Positions 10,561-28,942 of a stretch of 64,000 nucleotides of DNA are shown piece after piece. The position numbers were made by a program, and so were the translations under genes. The notes under the pieces were generated by a model, which was not told the origin of the DNA, made no database searches, and was given only the letters and a program-made list of their open reading frames with translations. Numbering within the stretch: position 1 is the first letter of the stretch; every line of letters starts with the position of its first letter. Source of the stretch: Lingula anatina (lineage: Eukaryota > Animalia > Brachiopoda); assembly GCA_051362555.1 (NCBI GenBank), contig CM120641.1, positions 39,252,401-39,316,400 on the forward strand, read 5' to 3'.

Positions 10561-13500
10561 TTAGTCCCTAAGCCTAAGAGTGCACCACACTCCTCCTTTG
10601 GGTTTCAAAGTGGCTTCTTCCAGGATCTCCAATGGACTGCTTCGGTCTACTTCAAACTTGAAACGCTGGATAAACTTGGCCATAATTATCTTCATTTCCA
10701 TCTGAAATAAAAATATGCATTTTCCATTAAAATCTCCTCTTCTCTATCCTTTATTATTACTCTTATCTGACTTAATATTTAAAATACTTCAATGCATATT
10801 TCATAAATTTATCAAAAACAAACATCTTAGCTTGTTCAAATTACTGATCTGGATAAGTTTGCTACAGCATTTTGGATAAATGAAAAAGTCGAGATGGACT
10901 TTGGATATCATTGGAAAGAAAATAAGCAGATCAAAATCAGATTTCAATGAAGTATTTTGTGTCATATATTTGTCCCTTAAAACTAATCTAAAAATAAATG
11001 CTGTTTATACCTTGGCAAAATTTTGGCCAATGCAGTTTCTTGGGCCAATTGAAAATGGCAGATAACTGTATGCGTTTGGTCTGAAATAAACAGCAAGTTG
11101 CAAGTTAAAGTTGCAATAAAGATAAGACCCTTGAAAGATATCAAAACACTTCTAAAAGTAATAAAATAATTTGAAAAAATACACTAAGAGGACAAAGAAC
11201 CAAATGAACATGCAAAGTCTGCTATCGACATTGTTCTTAATATCTGATCTTAGCAATATTATTTGATTCATCATGGACCCATGTATAATGGGTTCAAAGA
11301 CTAAAGTGCTTCTGGATAACAAATGGAGTATTGGACTTTGAAATTAGATCACTCACTTCATTGGAGAATCTGGATCAAATCTGTCAGGTATAAATTTATC
11401 TGCTTCTTGGTGAAATTGGGCCATCCTTCCACAACTATACACATGAACCTGAATGGTTAATTGGTTTAAGATGAAGGCTATTAAACGATTAAACAAATTA
11501 AGACATACTCATACTTAACTAGAGGATCAGAGAGGCGATACCGCCTCCTGGTATTGTACCACCAGCTGGAGTAAGAGCATTCGTATGGGAAGGAAAAAGA
11601 AGGGGGGGGGGTTGTCTCACTAGTTGATGATCATTCGCAAACAAAAGCCATTGAATGAATATACGATTGCAACGATCCCCCACTGAGGATACGAAAATTA
11701 CGTTCTTCCTTGCTCTTTGGCCAACAAAGACTCAAATATGAAAATCGCGTCCTCATCTCTTTTACATTGGGAATGAACTTTCGCTAACAATTTGAAAGTT
11801 GTCTTTTTTGTCTGCCAGTTTTAGAGATAAAATGGAAAAACATTTGCAAAGTTCAGTTCATGGTGAAAAGTAGGTCAAAGGTCAATTTCAAGGTCACATT
11901 TAGATTGCCAATATATGACTTCCTATTCAAGTTTAATAGTCCGTAACTATGGACCTATCTCTGCCAGTTTTGGAGATAAAAGGGAAGCAAAATTTGCAAA
12001 CTTCAGTCCATGGTGAAAAGTAGGTCAAAGGTCAATTTGAAGGTCACATTTAGATTGTCAGTATATGACTTCCTATCCAAGTTCAATAGTAACTATGGAT
12101 CTATCTCTGCCAGTTTTGGAGATGAAAGGGAAGCAAAATTTGCAAAGTTCAGTTCATGGTGAAAAGTAGGTCAAAGGTCAACAAGGTCACACTAAGATTG
12201 CCAGTATATGACTTCCTATCCAAGTTCAATAGTAACTATGGACCTATCTCTGCCAGTTTTGGATATGAAAGGGAAGCAAAATTTGCAAAGTTCAGTTCAT
12301 GGTGAAAAGCAGGTCAAAGGTCAATTTCAAGGTCACATTAAGATTGCCAGTGTATGACTTCCTATTCAAGTTCAATAGTAACTATGGACCTATCTCTGCC
12401 AGTTTTGGAGATAAAAGGGAAGCAAAATTTGCAAAGTTCAGTTCATGGTGAAAAGTAGGTCAAAGGTCAATTTCAAGGTCACATTTAGATTGCCAGTGTA
12501 TGACTTCCTATTCAAGTTCAATAGTATTTATGGACCTATCTCTGCCAGTTTTGGAGATAAAAGGGCAGCAAAATTTGCAAAGTTCAGTTCATGGTGAAAA
12601 GTAGGTCAAAGGTCAATTTCAAGGTCACATTTGGATTGCCAGTGTATGACTTCCTATTCCAGTTCAATAGTAACTATGGACCTATCTCTGCCAGTTTTGG
12701 AGATAAAAGGGCAACAAAATTTGCAAAGTTCAGTTCATGGTGAAAAGTAGGTCAAAGGTCAATTTCAAGGTCACATTTGGATTGCCAGTATATGACTTCC
12801 TATTCAAGTTCAATAGTAACATTGGACCTATCTCTGCCAGTTTTGGAGAAAAAAGGGAAGCAAAATATGCAAAGTTCAGTTCATGGTGAAAAGTTGGTCA
12901 AAGGTCAATTTCAAGGTCACATTTAGATTGCCAGTGTATGACTTCCTATTCAAGTTCAATAGTATTTATGGACCTATCTCTGCCAGTTTTGGAGATATAA
13001 GGGACTTAATGTTATAATTTATCCATTACTACTCAGGCGGTTAAGTCCAAATTATATCCAGAATTGTGCAAAAGATGATAAAAGCATGAAACTTTCCACG
13101 ATGAATATTTAAGAAAGCCGCTCATCCGAGTACTAATGAATTTTGGAGTTGCCCCCCGATCCAAAATAGACAAACACCCAATGGTCATTCATCGTGGAAA
13201 GTTTCATGCTTTTATCATCTATTGCACAATTTTTTGGCTTAGCCGCCTCACTATGCCGTACTGCACATTTTGCTTTCACCACCAATATGTACTTTTTGAT
13301 AGCGTAACTCGAAAACCGTTTGGAATACAAAAAAACGGAGACCACCTGCAGTGTTGGGCTTTACATGCTCTACAAAATGCAAAAAAGAATGGGACTCTAG
13401 CATTAACGGTCCCCGAATTAGAGACAGTTTTCAGTTTCGGCATCTTATGGCTGCTACTCCCGTGAAAATGCACCGATTGACCCCAAATTCACGGAGATGA

Positions 13501-16500
13501 AAGATGACCTGAAGGGTAACACTTTCCAATAATATTATTGGTTAAGTCTGTGTGGTGTCTGAATAACAGGGCAAAAAAAAATTTTTTGGTAAAAAATTTT
13601 ATTTTTTTGAAAATTTTGGCCCGTTTGACCTTGAAGTAAAGATCAAAGGTCAAATCCAAGGGCATATTTGAAATCTACACATATGACTTTTGGAAAGTCA
13701 TCTGTAGAAATAACCCCTTCCGTAGGGTAGATAATTAGCATTTAATTTTGCCATTTTTGGACAAGGGTGCATTGCAATGAGTGCCACACCCAGACCCCAA
13801 TACCGACAAAGCCCAAATTTTACGTGGAACGAGTTGAAATTATAGGTGACCTAAACCCAAGAGATGGGTACGGGGGCCCTTACCGTCTAGGAGGAGAAGC
13901 GGTAACGGTAGCTGTCCGGCGGAGCCGGCGGAGCGATCCGGACGACCCAAAACCATGTGTACCGCCAGCGCTAACGCTGGTGGTACAATAATATTAGACA
14001 AGTAACTGACGCTGTATTTTCTGCCTCCCTTTAAATAAAAATTATAATAAAATGACATACATGTATGTTGACACACAGTACAAATTATAAAAAAAATGCT
14101 AGATAAGTCAGTGAATTAAATACTGCATTTTAGACATCATTAACTTGTAAGAGTCTTCAACTGATATCTTGATGGTGAGATTTGAACTAAAAGTGAATAA
14201 AGACATATATAAGAGAGGTCTTTCTTAGAGCGCATTCAGAACAGCAGACTATCAGATCCACGGATCAAATATGGCCGACCCACTTGAATGCTTGTTGCAT
14301 AATCCCTGCAGGGAATCTATTAAGTATCTAATAGTGAATTTTAAAAAGTGGCAAGCTTTTTAATGGGTTGCCATATTTGATACACGGATCTGTTAGTCTG
14401 AGTGTGCTCTTACTAACGATGAAAAACATGACACATTCCTCACCTTCTGGTTTTAGGATTCATTTTTTTTTGTTGCATAACATACCCCAATTCCAGTTCC
14501 AGCTGGGAGTAAGTAGTCTCCAACCATCATGTCTTTGTTCAGTTGTCGTAATGTGAGGCCAGCCACAGGATAGAGTCTGAGGCTTTCTTTGAAGACATTC
14601 CCCATGTACTTAAGGTTTTTCAAATCTTCAAAGCTCACAGCTGCTTTTTGACCAACAGCAGACTCTACCTCTTCCTCCAGTCTGTAAAAATAAAAGCAAA
14701 GTGGCAGCATAAAAACTTGAACACAGCTTAACATTTATTTATTCTTTTTTTTTTGTATATACCAGTTTATATAAAAATAATGATATGATTTTTATAACGC
14801 CCCCAAAAAGCGCAATCCCTATAATTAATTTATTTTCAGGTAAACCTTTCAATATACATGTCTGGTATTGATCTTTGTACATATTCAAAAAGTTTTATCC
14901 ACTCAGAAAAATGTTCACTTTCTGCTGATTCCTTGAATCTACATTCTACTGACACAAGTACTAATACATATAACCAGAGTAATGCGCAAATATTTGAAAA
15001 TTTCTATATGTAAGGTAATATCATTATAGGACAATGCAAATTATAAATTACTCATTCAAATACTAAATTCATGTGGGCGTAACACAAACTCCCTGAGCAT
15101 TTAAGTGGTCTTTACTTTTCAGGCTGTCTATAGGAGGATTATGTTGCCATATCTACATAATACATCAGCCAACTCTCACCTCTGCATAACATCAGGATGA
15201 TCTGCAATGACCCTAAGAGCAAAACTCAGAGTATTTCCAGTTGTTTCATGACCTGACAAGAGATAGTAAGGTCATCTAAGATTTTCAACAGGCTTAAGCT
15301 AAGACAGATTTGTGAATGGTGTTCTTTAATGAAACATGGCTTAGGGCCCAATCAAGGCAATTGGTAGCAAAATACTGAACTATCATACAAACAGTGTTTC
15401 TACATCAAATATTTCTCTACATATTTATTAATTTACAATTTTGATCCTTAATATAACAAAATTAAAATTATTTACCTGCTAAGAAAAACACCATTACTAA
15501 GTCCAACATATCTTCTATATCAAGATCAGGATCTAACTCTGTCAAACAAAAATGAATATATAACTATAAAGCATATATCACACACACAGCACATATTTTA
15601 TTTTAAACCTGAAGTAATTAAGTTTTACACAGCCGACTATCTAACTTTAGTTAACTGCTTAACATTATAATTAAAATGATACTGAAAACAAGACATGACA
15701 CAGATTTTCTCAGAAATGTACTTTTAAAGAGCTTAGTTAATGAAAAAAATGGTAAAACTAACCAGAAGCTTTGATAATGTAGGAGAGGATATCATTTGGG
15801 GAATGCTCTCCTTTAGACATGGCCATCTTCCGTTTCTCGATGAATTTTCTACCTTCTTCTCGCAAAAGTCTCACTGCTTGTCTAACTTCTTGATGGTAGG
15901 AGTAGTGAAATATATTGTACTATAAAAGAAAATATTTAATGCACAGATTAAAGACAACTGTTACACTGTATCTATTTAAGTGAAAATTATCAAATTCAAA
16001 CTAAAAAGGATAAGTGTGACTGTGATCCTTGCAAGATAAATGCAGATAAACTTGTGATAAGAAGTTTCTAGGACCACAAAAAAGCCCAATATATTTTGAC
16101 ATGTTCTTGATATATTGCATTATGCTAGACCATGTAGTTCTGGGCTTGGTATGCTCTGAATGGTTGAGAAATAGAAGAGGTATATACTATTTATTTGTTT
16201 AGGCATCAAGTAGCAATAAAACTTGAGAAAACACAAGATTGACCATAAATGTCACTAACACGTGTAATACAAATGTATTGGTTTTTATAGTACACATAAC
16301 ATGGTTTCATGTAGGCATTTGTAGTTATGAACCAACTCCATACAACCTCCACTGGTGGAAAAAATACTTCTAAATCATTACCTCTTCCATCATACCCGTA
16401 AACATCTTCTCAATGCCCTCCAGAACTGTTTTCACTGCTTTGGGGAAAGGAACAGTGTCATTGTGGACAGACTCTATCTCCGTGTCAAAGGCAACCTGCA

Positions 16501-17535
16501 CATAAATCCAATATCAAATGTATACAACATGGCACACTCCGTTGTATCACAATCTTCCTCAGCTAAAGTTAAATTCTATATGATTTTCTTTGCATCATTA
16601 ATTTGGTGAAAAGGAATATGTTGTGTAAACTATAAAATATATGCTATATGAGCATGTCTTTAAGTTTACATACTGTACACTATAGAAACTATACCATGTT
16701 TTAAACATAAGATTTTTCAGTAGTAATAAAAAACATATTTTTCAAAAATAATGTTTCAAAATTCTTTTTTTACAAATCTGTAATAAGTGTATAAAGTAAT
16801 TTTTTGTTTTAAACAAATTAAAAAATCTATACCTTTCCAATCACATCAAGGGTCAACCTACAAAACATGTCATTCATATCAACCATAGTTTTCCCATCAG
16901 CCAGCTCTGATAACTTTTCCATGAGTGAATCTGCTGCGAGATTGAACTGGTCTATCAAACTCATGAGAGCCCTGAAATGTAATGAAAAATCCCACTCAGA
17001 CTCAAGGTAGAACGTCTAAAGTAAACAAAATTAATCATCAGTAAACTAAAAAAGTAAAAAATATTCAACCTAAACATTTTAAAATGATTGATTCTCAAGT
17101 TTACTATATGTTTACTAATTATTAGTTTGTATTTAACTTATTTTTTTAATTATCTGAAAGCACTATATCAATGTGTTGTAACGGTAGTAAGGATATTTAC
17201 ACTCTCTGGAATGCAGGATTCATGAGAGCTCTCATTTTGGACCACTCTGCATGATGTTCAATGGTCACTAAGCCACTCTTGCCTATGTACCTGGAATAAT
17301 TGAACAAGTTCTGTATTACACTCAGCATTATGTAATTACATACCAATCATCACTTAGAGTGGTACACCCACATGTATTATGTTGCCAAAGGAACTGTAAG
17401 AGTGCATTCCCATAGATTTAGATCGATACATCTAGATCGACTTAACTCCCTGGGGGTTCACGCTAAATTGCTGTCAGCTGAGCACACACAGTAGTTAATT
17501 ACCCCCTTACAACTTGTCATAGGCAGGACAGACAG

Positions 17536-17591
<56 letters not shown>

Positions 17592-18792
17592 TACCTTTCT
17601 CCATACACAGACAGCAATGCCTGAAATGATTGAGGCCATCGTGGCAAACCTCCATTGACAAAAACGTCCTATAGTAAAAAGAAATATTAACATTTTTAAG
17701 TAAAACATCACATCATGAGAGCATTTAAAATCCAGGAGTGAGCTAATGTTGGTAGGCGCAATTTTTAAAAACATTGCTCTATACTCAATCATTTTGCAAT
17801 CCTAGTCCAAATATTTCAGAACTTGTACCTTTATTGCTCTGGGATCTGCTGTCATGATGGCTGCTTTGTGAAAGGCATGGAAAACAATAGTATTGCCATA
17901 TGTCTCCAACCTAAAATATACTTATTTTTATTACCCTTATTTTAGAAGTCCTGACTTTTTACATATGTTACCATGCCACACACATTACAACAAAAAAAGT
18001 CATAAGAAATTATGGCAGGGTTAACTTTTCAGCATTGAGGGTGGAACTCCATGTGCCAGGAATGTCATTCCAGGAAGCAATAGAAAAGTGACATACAAAA
18101 CATGGTGAGTGTGCACTTCAAAAGACCGTTATTTGATAGAAAACAACTTGAAAAAATCTGTGAACAAAGTGTCACTTTTTATTTATTGCCATATGCCACA
18201 TTTGCTAGTCTGCTATGTTTTCTGATCCCACTCTCCACTAGATCCCAATAAATCTCTCATGATTTTACATAAGATCACAACACTTTTGGGCTATCTAGGA
18301 CAATTTCCATAACAGCTTACCAATTCTGCAAAAGATTGTGAAATTTCCCTCCATTTTTTACTGTTTGTACCACCTCAGCTGTATGCCCAAGTATCAAACT
18401 GGAAATGTAACAAATAATTCTAGACATGTTGTGCAATCAATAAAACAAAATTTCCTGCAGTTTAACAAGCATTAATTGTATAAAACTGAAAAGCATTTTA
18501 ATGCCCTAGAATCGTTTTAACAAATGATGGAACATTGTGCACATGCATGTATTATAACAGTTTAATAACAAGCATTGACTGACTGCAAAATCACTAACTT
18601 TTTAACTTTCTACTGGTACATATGTATAAATGTAACAATTATATCATATTCATACCTTGATATTCCTTTAAATTTTGGGCACGGCACATGTCCAAACTTA
18701 ACTTTTCTGACCCATTGGATGAATAACAAGTATGCCACGATGCTAATAAAAGCTATGGCAACCACCATTTGTCCTATGACCCAAAGTTCCAT
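10561..18792 (-). CDS. CYP46A1: Cytochrome P450, cholesterol 24-hydroxylase (CYP46A1)-like, 501 aa; exons 18792-18656, 18398-18321, 17910-17829, 17668-17595, 17290-17201, 16971-16833, 16495-16382, 15919-15763, 15538-15476, 15252-15180, 14681-14486, 11448-11357, 11080-11011, 10701-10561
   Basis: N-terminal TM anchor; WSKMR; AGHETT (I helix); ESLRLYP (K helix); PDRF; FSIGPRNCIG heme motif. LADGKT.V.M and TLDVIGKVAF resemble clan 46. All 13 coding introns are GT-AG and frame-consistent. Exact orthology needs a phylogeny. Confidence 0.9.
11811..13004. repeat. Tandem array of 8 full ~146-bp units plus a partial unit
   Basis: The anchor tctgccagtt recurs at 11811, 11960, 12106, 12249, 12395, 12541, 12687, 12833 and 12979; units are near-identical. 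A degenerate unit lies near 13625-13690. Confidence 0.97.
13032..13251. mobile_element. TA-flanked foldback/MITE-like segment nested in the HINE
   Basis: aggcggttaag..aattgtgcaa..gatgataaaagcatgaaactttccacgatgaat is mirrored by attcatcgtggaaagtttcatgcttttatcatc..ttgcacaatt..cttagccgcct; TA on both sides. Confidence 0.6.
14228..14409. mobile_element. MITE family A, copy 2
   Basis: TTA|GAGCGCATTCAG...CTGAGTGTGCTC|TTA; a TTA TSD is typical of PIF/Harbinger. Confidence 0.8.
17540..17588. repeat. (GT)n microsatellite, read as (CA)n just downstream of a CYP 5' splice site
   Basis: Perfect GT run adjacent to the donor at 17594. Confidence 0.95.
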
Positions 18793-19140
18793 TGTTTAAA
18801 GTAAACTGCAGTGTTGATATGACCTGAAACACTATAGTATTAAGTACAAACTGTCAAATAAGATAAAATACCCTTGCATACTTATTTAAAACATATGCTT
18901 AAATGGCATGAATTCAACATGCACACACTTTTAAGATAACTTGCATCATCATCCGAGCCTGAGGGGGGGGAGGTCTTGGGAGGGAATTGTCCGAGGGTGT
19001 GTATGTATTTATAACATAAAATCTCTTAAATTGTGGCTTCTTTTGCATGAAAAAATTACCACAAACGCACAAACAAAAAGAACTATATACCTTCGGAATT
19101 TTTTTCGCAAGTAAAAGCGTGCAATCCGAACACACTTCAC

Positions 19141-19505
19141 CTTGGTTCAGCAGCCTTGTTTATCCACTCAGCTCAGCCAGCAGAGTTAACGATAGTTTAC
19201 ATTTATTTCCAGGCGCAGTTTCGTACACATTATGTTCATAATAACATAGAATGTCAGATTAGTAGTTAAAAAATTTTGAAAATAATTTTTCTGATATACG
19301 ATATGTGCATAACACACACTAGCAATTTGTTAATGTTAAACTAATCGTCGCTAATTTTCTCTAAGTGCGTCTTGGGACATCGCAAAGCATGACGGTAGTC
19401 AACATCCGCCATATTTTGTTCTTTTTGCTGGTTGGGAATAAGGGTAGTATTTTATGGATATTTACTGGCGTTTTTCCATTTTAAGAACAACCTGACATTT
19501 GGGCC
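19141..19505. promoter_or_regulatory. Bidirectional promoter region between CYP (putative non-coding exon 1 ending at 19141) and PAP
   Basis: Minus-strand donor CCAAG|GTGAAG at 19141/19140 and acceptor TTTCAG near 18824; local CpG enrichment; YY1-type CCGCCATATTTT at ~19406; PAP ATG at 19506. Confidence 0.6.
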
Positions 19506-26846
<7,341 letters not shown>

Positions 26847-28380
26847 CGTGTGTGTTTGTGTGTGTGTGCGGGTGTGTTAGAGAACGCAAGGATGAGGGAA
26901 TTGTGAATACCGTTAGCAGACTCTGTTTCTTAGAGCTACAGAAGAAGCTGGATGACTTATATTACATCACCAGTGCTGCCTAGTGTTTCCAGTTCTGAAG
27001 ACTGTAAAAAAAAATATACGTATGGACTGAAAGGGCAGGTGGATGACATTGTATGAAGTTATGATAAGATCGTTAAAAACTTTAACATTATAGGTTTGAG
27101 TCCAGTGATAGTTTTATACACCATTCCTGTTTTACACTCTCTTGGATTATTTCCTTTTCTGAAACCTGTATGTAGATATTGTTGATTTGATGGAGTCTGT
27201 TGGTTCTTGTGTACTGGTTTAGTGTCTAATGATCTGCATCCCAATTTGAATGCATTGGATGACTACAGAGTCAATTGTTTGGTGCTAGCTTTAATGGTGT
27301 TTATCTAGCTTCTTCATCTTTTCTTTGGGCTTGCTTAAAATATTTCAGATTTCCTGTGCAGGGATTGATTGAATGTTTACTATTTTATTTTATTTTTTTG
27401 TTGCTGCAGCTGTGAATTTCTGGGTTAGGGAACACTGTCAAAAGCATTGATGTGAGCAATGTGTGGACTCCAGCAGTCACCAGCTAGCATTGCTTTAATA
27501 CTATGGTAGATTTAACAGGATGTATGTAGTAAGATAAGTATCAATGTCATTTTGTATGTCTATAAATTACACACGACTTCTAGGCAAGTCTTGGTGCTCT
27601 TAGTCTAAAATTCCCAAAGCTTAGCTTATGAAATGGCTTCTATTCCTCTTCCTTTTTTTTTTTGGCATTGTGGGTATACCTTCTTAACTGATACATCCCT
27701 ACATCATAAAAAAGAAAAAAGTGTGAACAATGTGATAGAGAGTAGATGTTGATTTCAGGTGTATTACATGGGGTTCAAGGTAAGTCTGGTAGCTACTGGT
27801 CAGCAGGTGATTGTTGATGGAAGTCAAAAGTCGAGGTCAACATGGTCGTTGCTTACATGGAGCTGACAATTCATTTACACCATTAGCTAAGCAACTGGAG
27901 TGACCGAGGCAGTTGGGAGTTTTTTTACAATTCTGATACGCTTTGGTCATCTATCCCTTGTCTGGAGAGCCTCTTATCATTCCACACCACCATAAGCCTT
28001 CATTTTAGCTTTTATCATAGTAGGCTACATTGCAAGATTTTTTTTTATGAAAGAAAGAGTTGACCAACATTACCTATTTACATGAATACCTTAATATTGT
28101 TTTAAGTAAGAGATTGAGTAACACGCTGTTTGCAATAGGTGTTGCCATACTGAAGATGCCTCTGTGTGTCATTGTGAAAAATGTAAAAAGTATAAAACAC
28201 TTTTTCTTATGTCAAGTTAATGGGTACTAGCTCAAAACTTCAAATGACTCCTCAGGAGACAATTCGCCATAAACCCCCCTGTTAAGTTCAGTAGGAGTTA
28301 CCATTTGGTTGAACAGGCTAATTTCTTATTCGCAGCATCTTAAATGATGGAAAATTGTTTTGAAGGAACAAGAAAAAACT

Positions 28381-28428
28381 TTAAAAAGGTTTCTACTCTT
28401 GAGCTTAAAAAGGTTTCTACTCTTGAGC
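28381..28428. repeat. 24-bp perfect tandem duplication in the PAP 3' UTR
   Basis: ttaaaaaggtttctactcttgagc twice. Confidence 0.95.
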
Positions 28429-28757
28429 TGTTCCTTCACATCAGCCCAGCAACAGGGAGATAGGTATTGTAAAAATGTAAAAGCAGGGTTACTTCTTGGT
28501 ACCCTGTGATCTCCACTACCACAACCCATGTACATACTGGGTGCACAGTGGCAGGTGTACAATGTATGTAATATAAATTGTGTATCATTGATACGTGATT
28601 ATTGTATTGTATTATATATCAAAACATTTGAAGAAATAAAACTTATTTTAGAAACTTATTTCAGGTGTCTGTCATCTTTCCGAATTGTTTGGTGGATAGG
28701 TAAAGGCTGGATTTTTATGGTATAATGTATGAAATTTGAATTTCTCATATGCTCTTA

Positions 28758-28942
28758 GGGCACTTTCAGAACAGCAGACTAACAGATCCACTGATCAAAT
28801 ATGGCCGACCTACTTGAATGCTTGTTGGGTAATCCATGCAAGAAATCTGTTCAGTGTCTAATTGAGGAATTGAACAGCAAGATTTTAGTGAGTTGCCAGA
28901 TTTGATTCTTAGATCTGTTAGTCCGCTGTTCTGAATGTGTTC
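28758..28942. mobile_element. MITE family A, copy 3
   Basis: TTA|GGGCACTTTCAGAACAGCAGACTAACAGATC...GATCTGTTAGTCCGCTGTTCTGAATGTGTTC|TTA. Confidence 0.82.

Larger units (their letters stand above)
11517..13993 (+). mobile_element. Non-autonomous Helentron-associated element (HINE) in a CYP intron
   Basis: Starts TT|AACTAGA; short hairpin GAGGCG/CGCCTC at 11532-11547; perfect 15-bp subterminal inverted repeats TATTGTACCACCAGC (11552-11566) / GCTGGTGGTACAATA (13976-13990); 3' hairpin at 13958-13987; central tandem array; no TSD, T-rich flanks. Confidence 0.8.

Noticed and set aside
4944-11065. Two similar 61-aa plus-strand ORFs (4944-5129 and 10880-11065) that look like a small paralogous family
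   Set aside because: They are antisense shadows of the CYP heme exon plus intron and of its duplicated fragment; the coding signal is on the minus strand.
11811-13004. Regular array resembling CRISPR
   Set aside because: Units are wholly repeated with no unique spacers, there are no cas genes, and the context is a eukaryotic intron.
13133-14076. Several 65-109 aa ORFs in the HINE
   Set aside because: They overlap inverted repeats and GC-rich termini and show no Rep, helicase or transposase motifs.
17189-17196. ATATCCTT on the minus strand, resembling a U12 AT-AC donor in CYP
   Set aside because: Using it would put TAA in frame; the GT donor at 17200 gives a continuous P450 frame.
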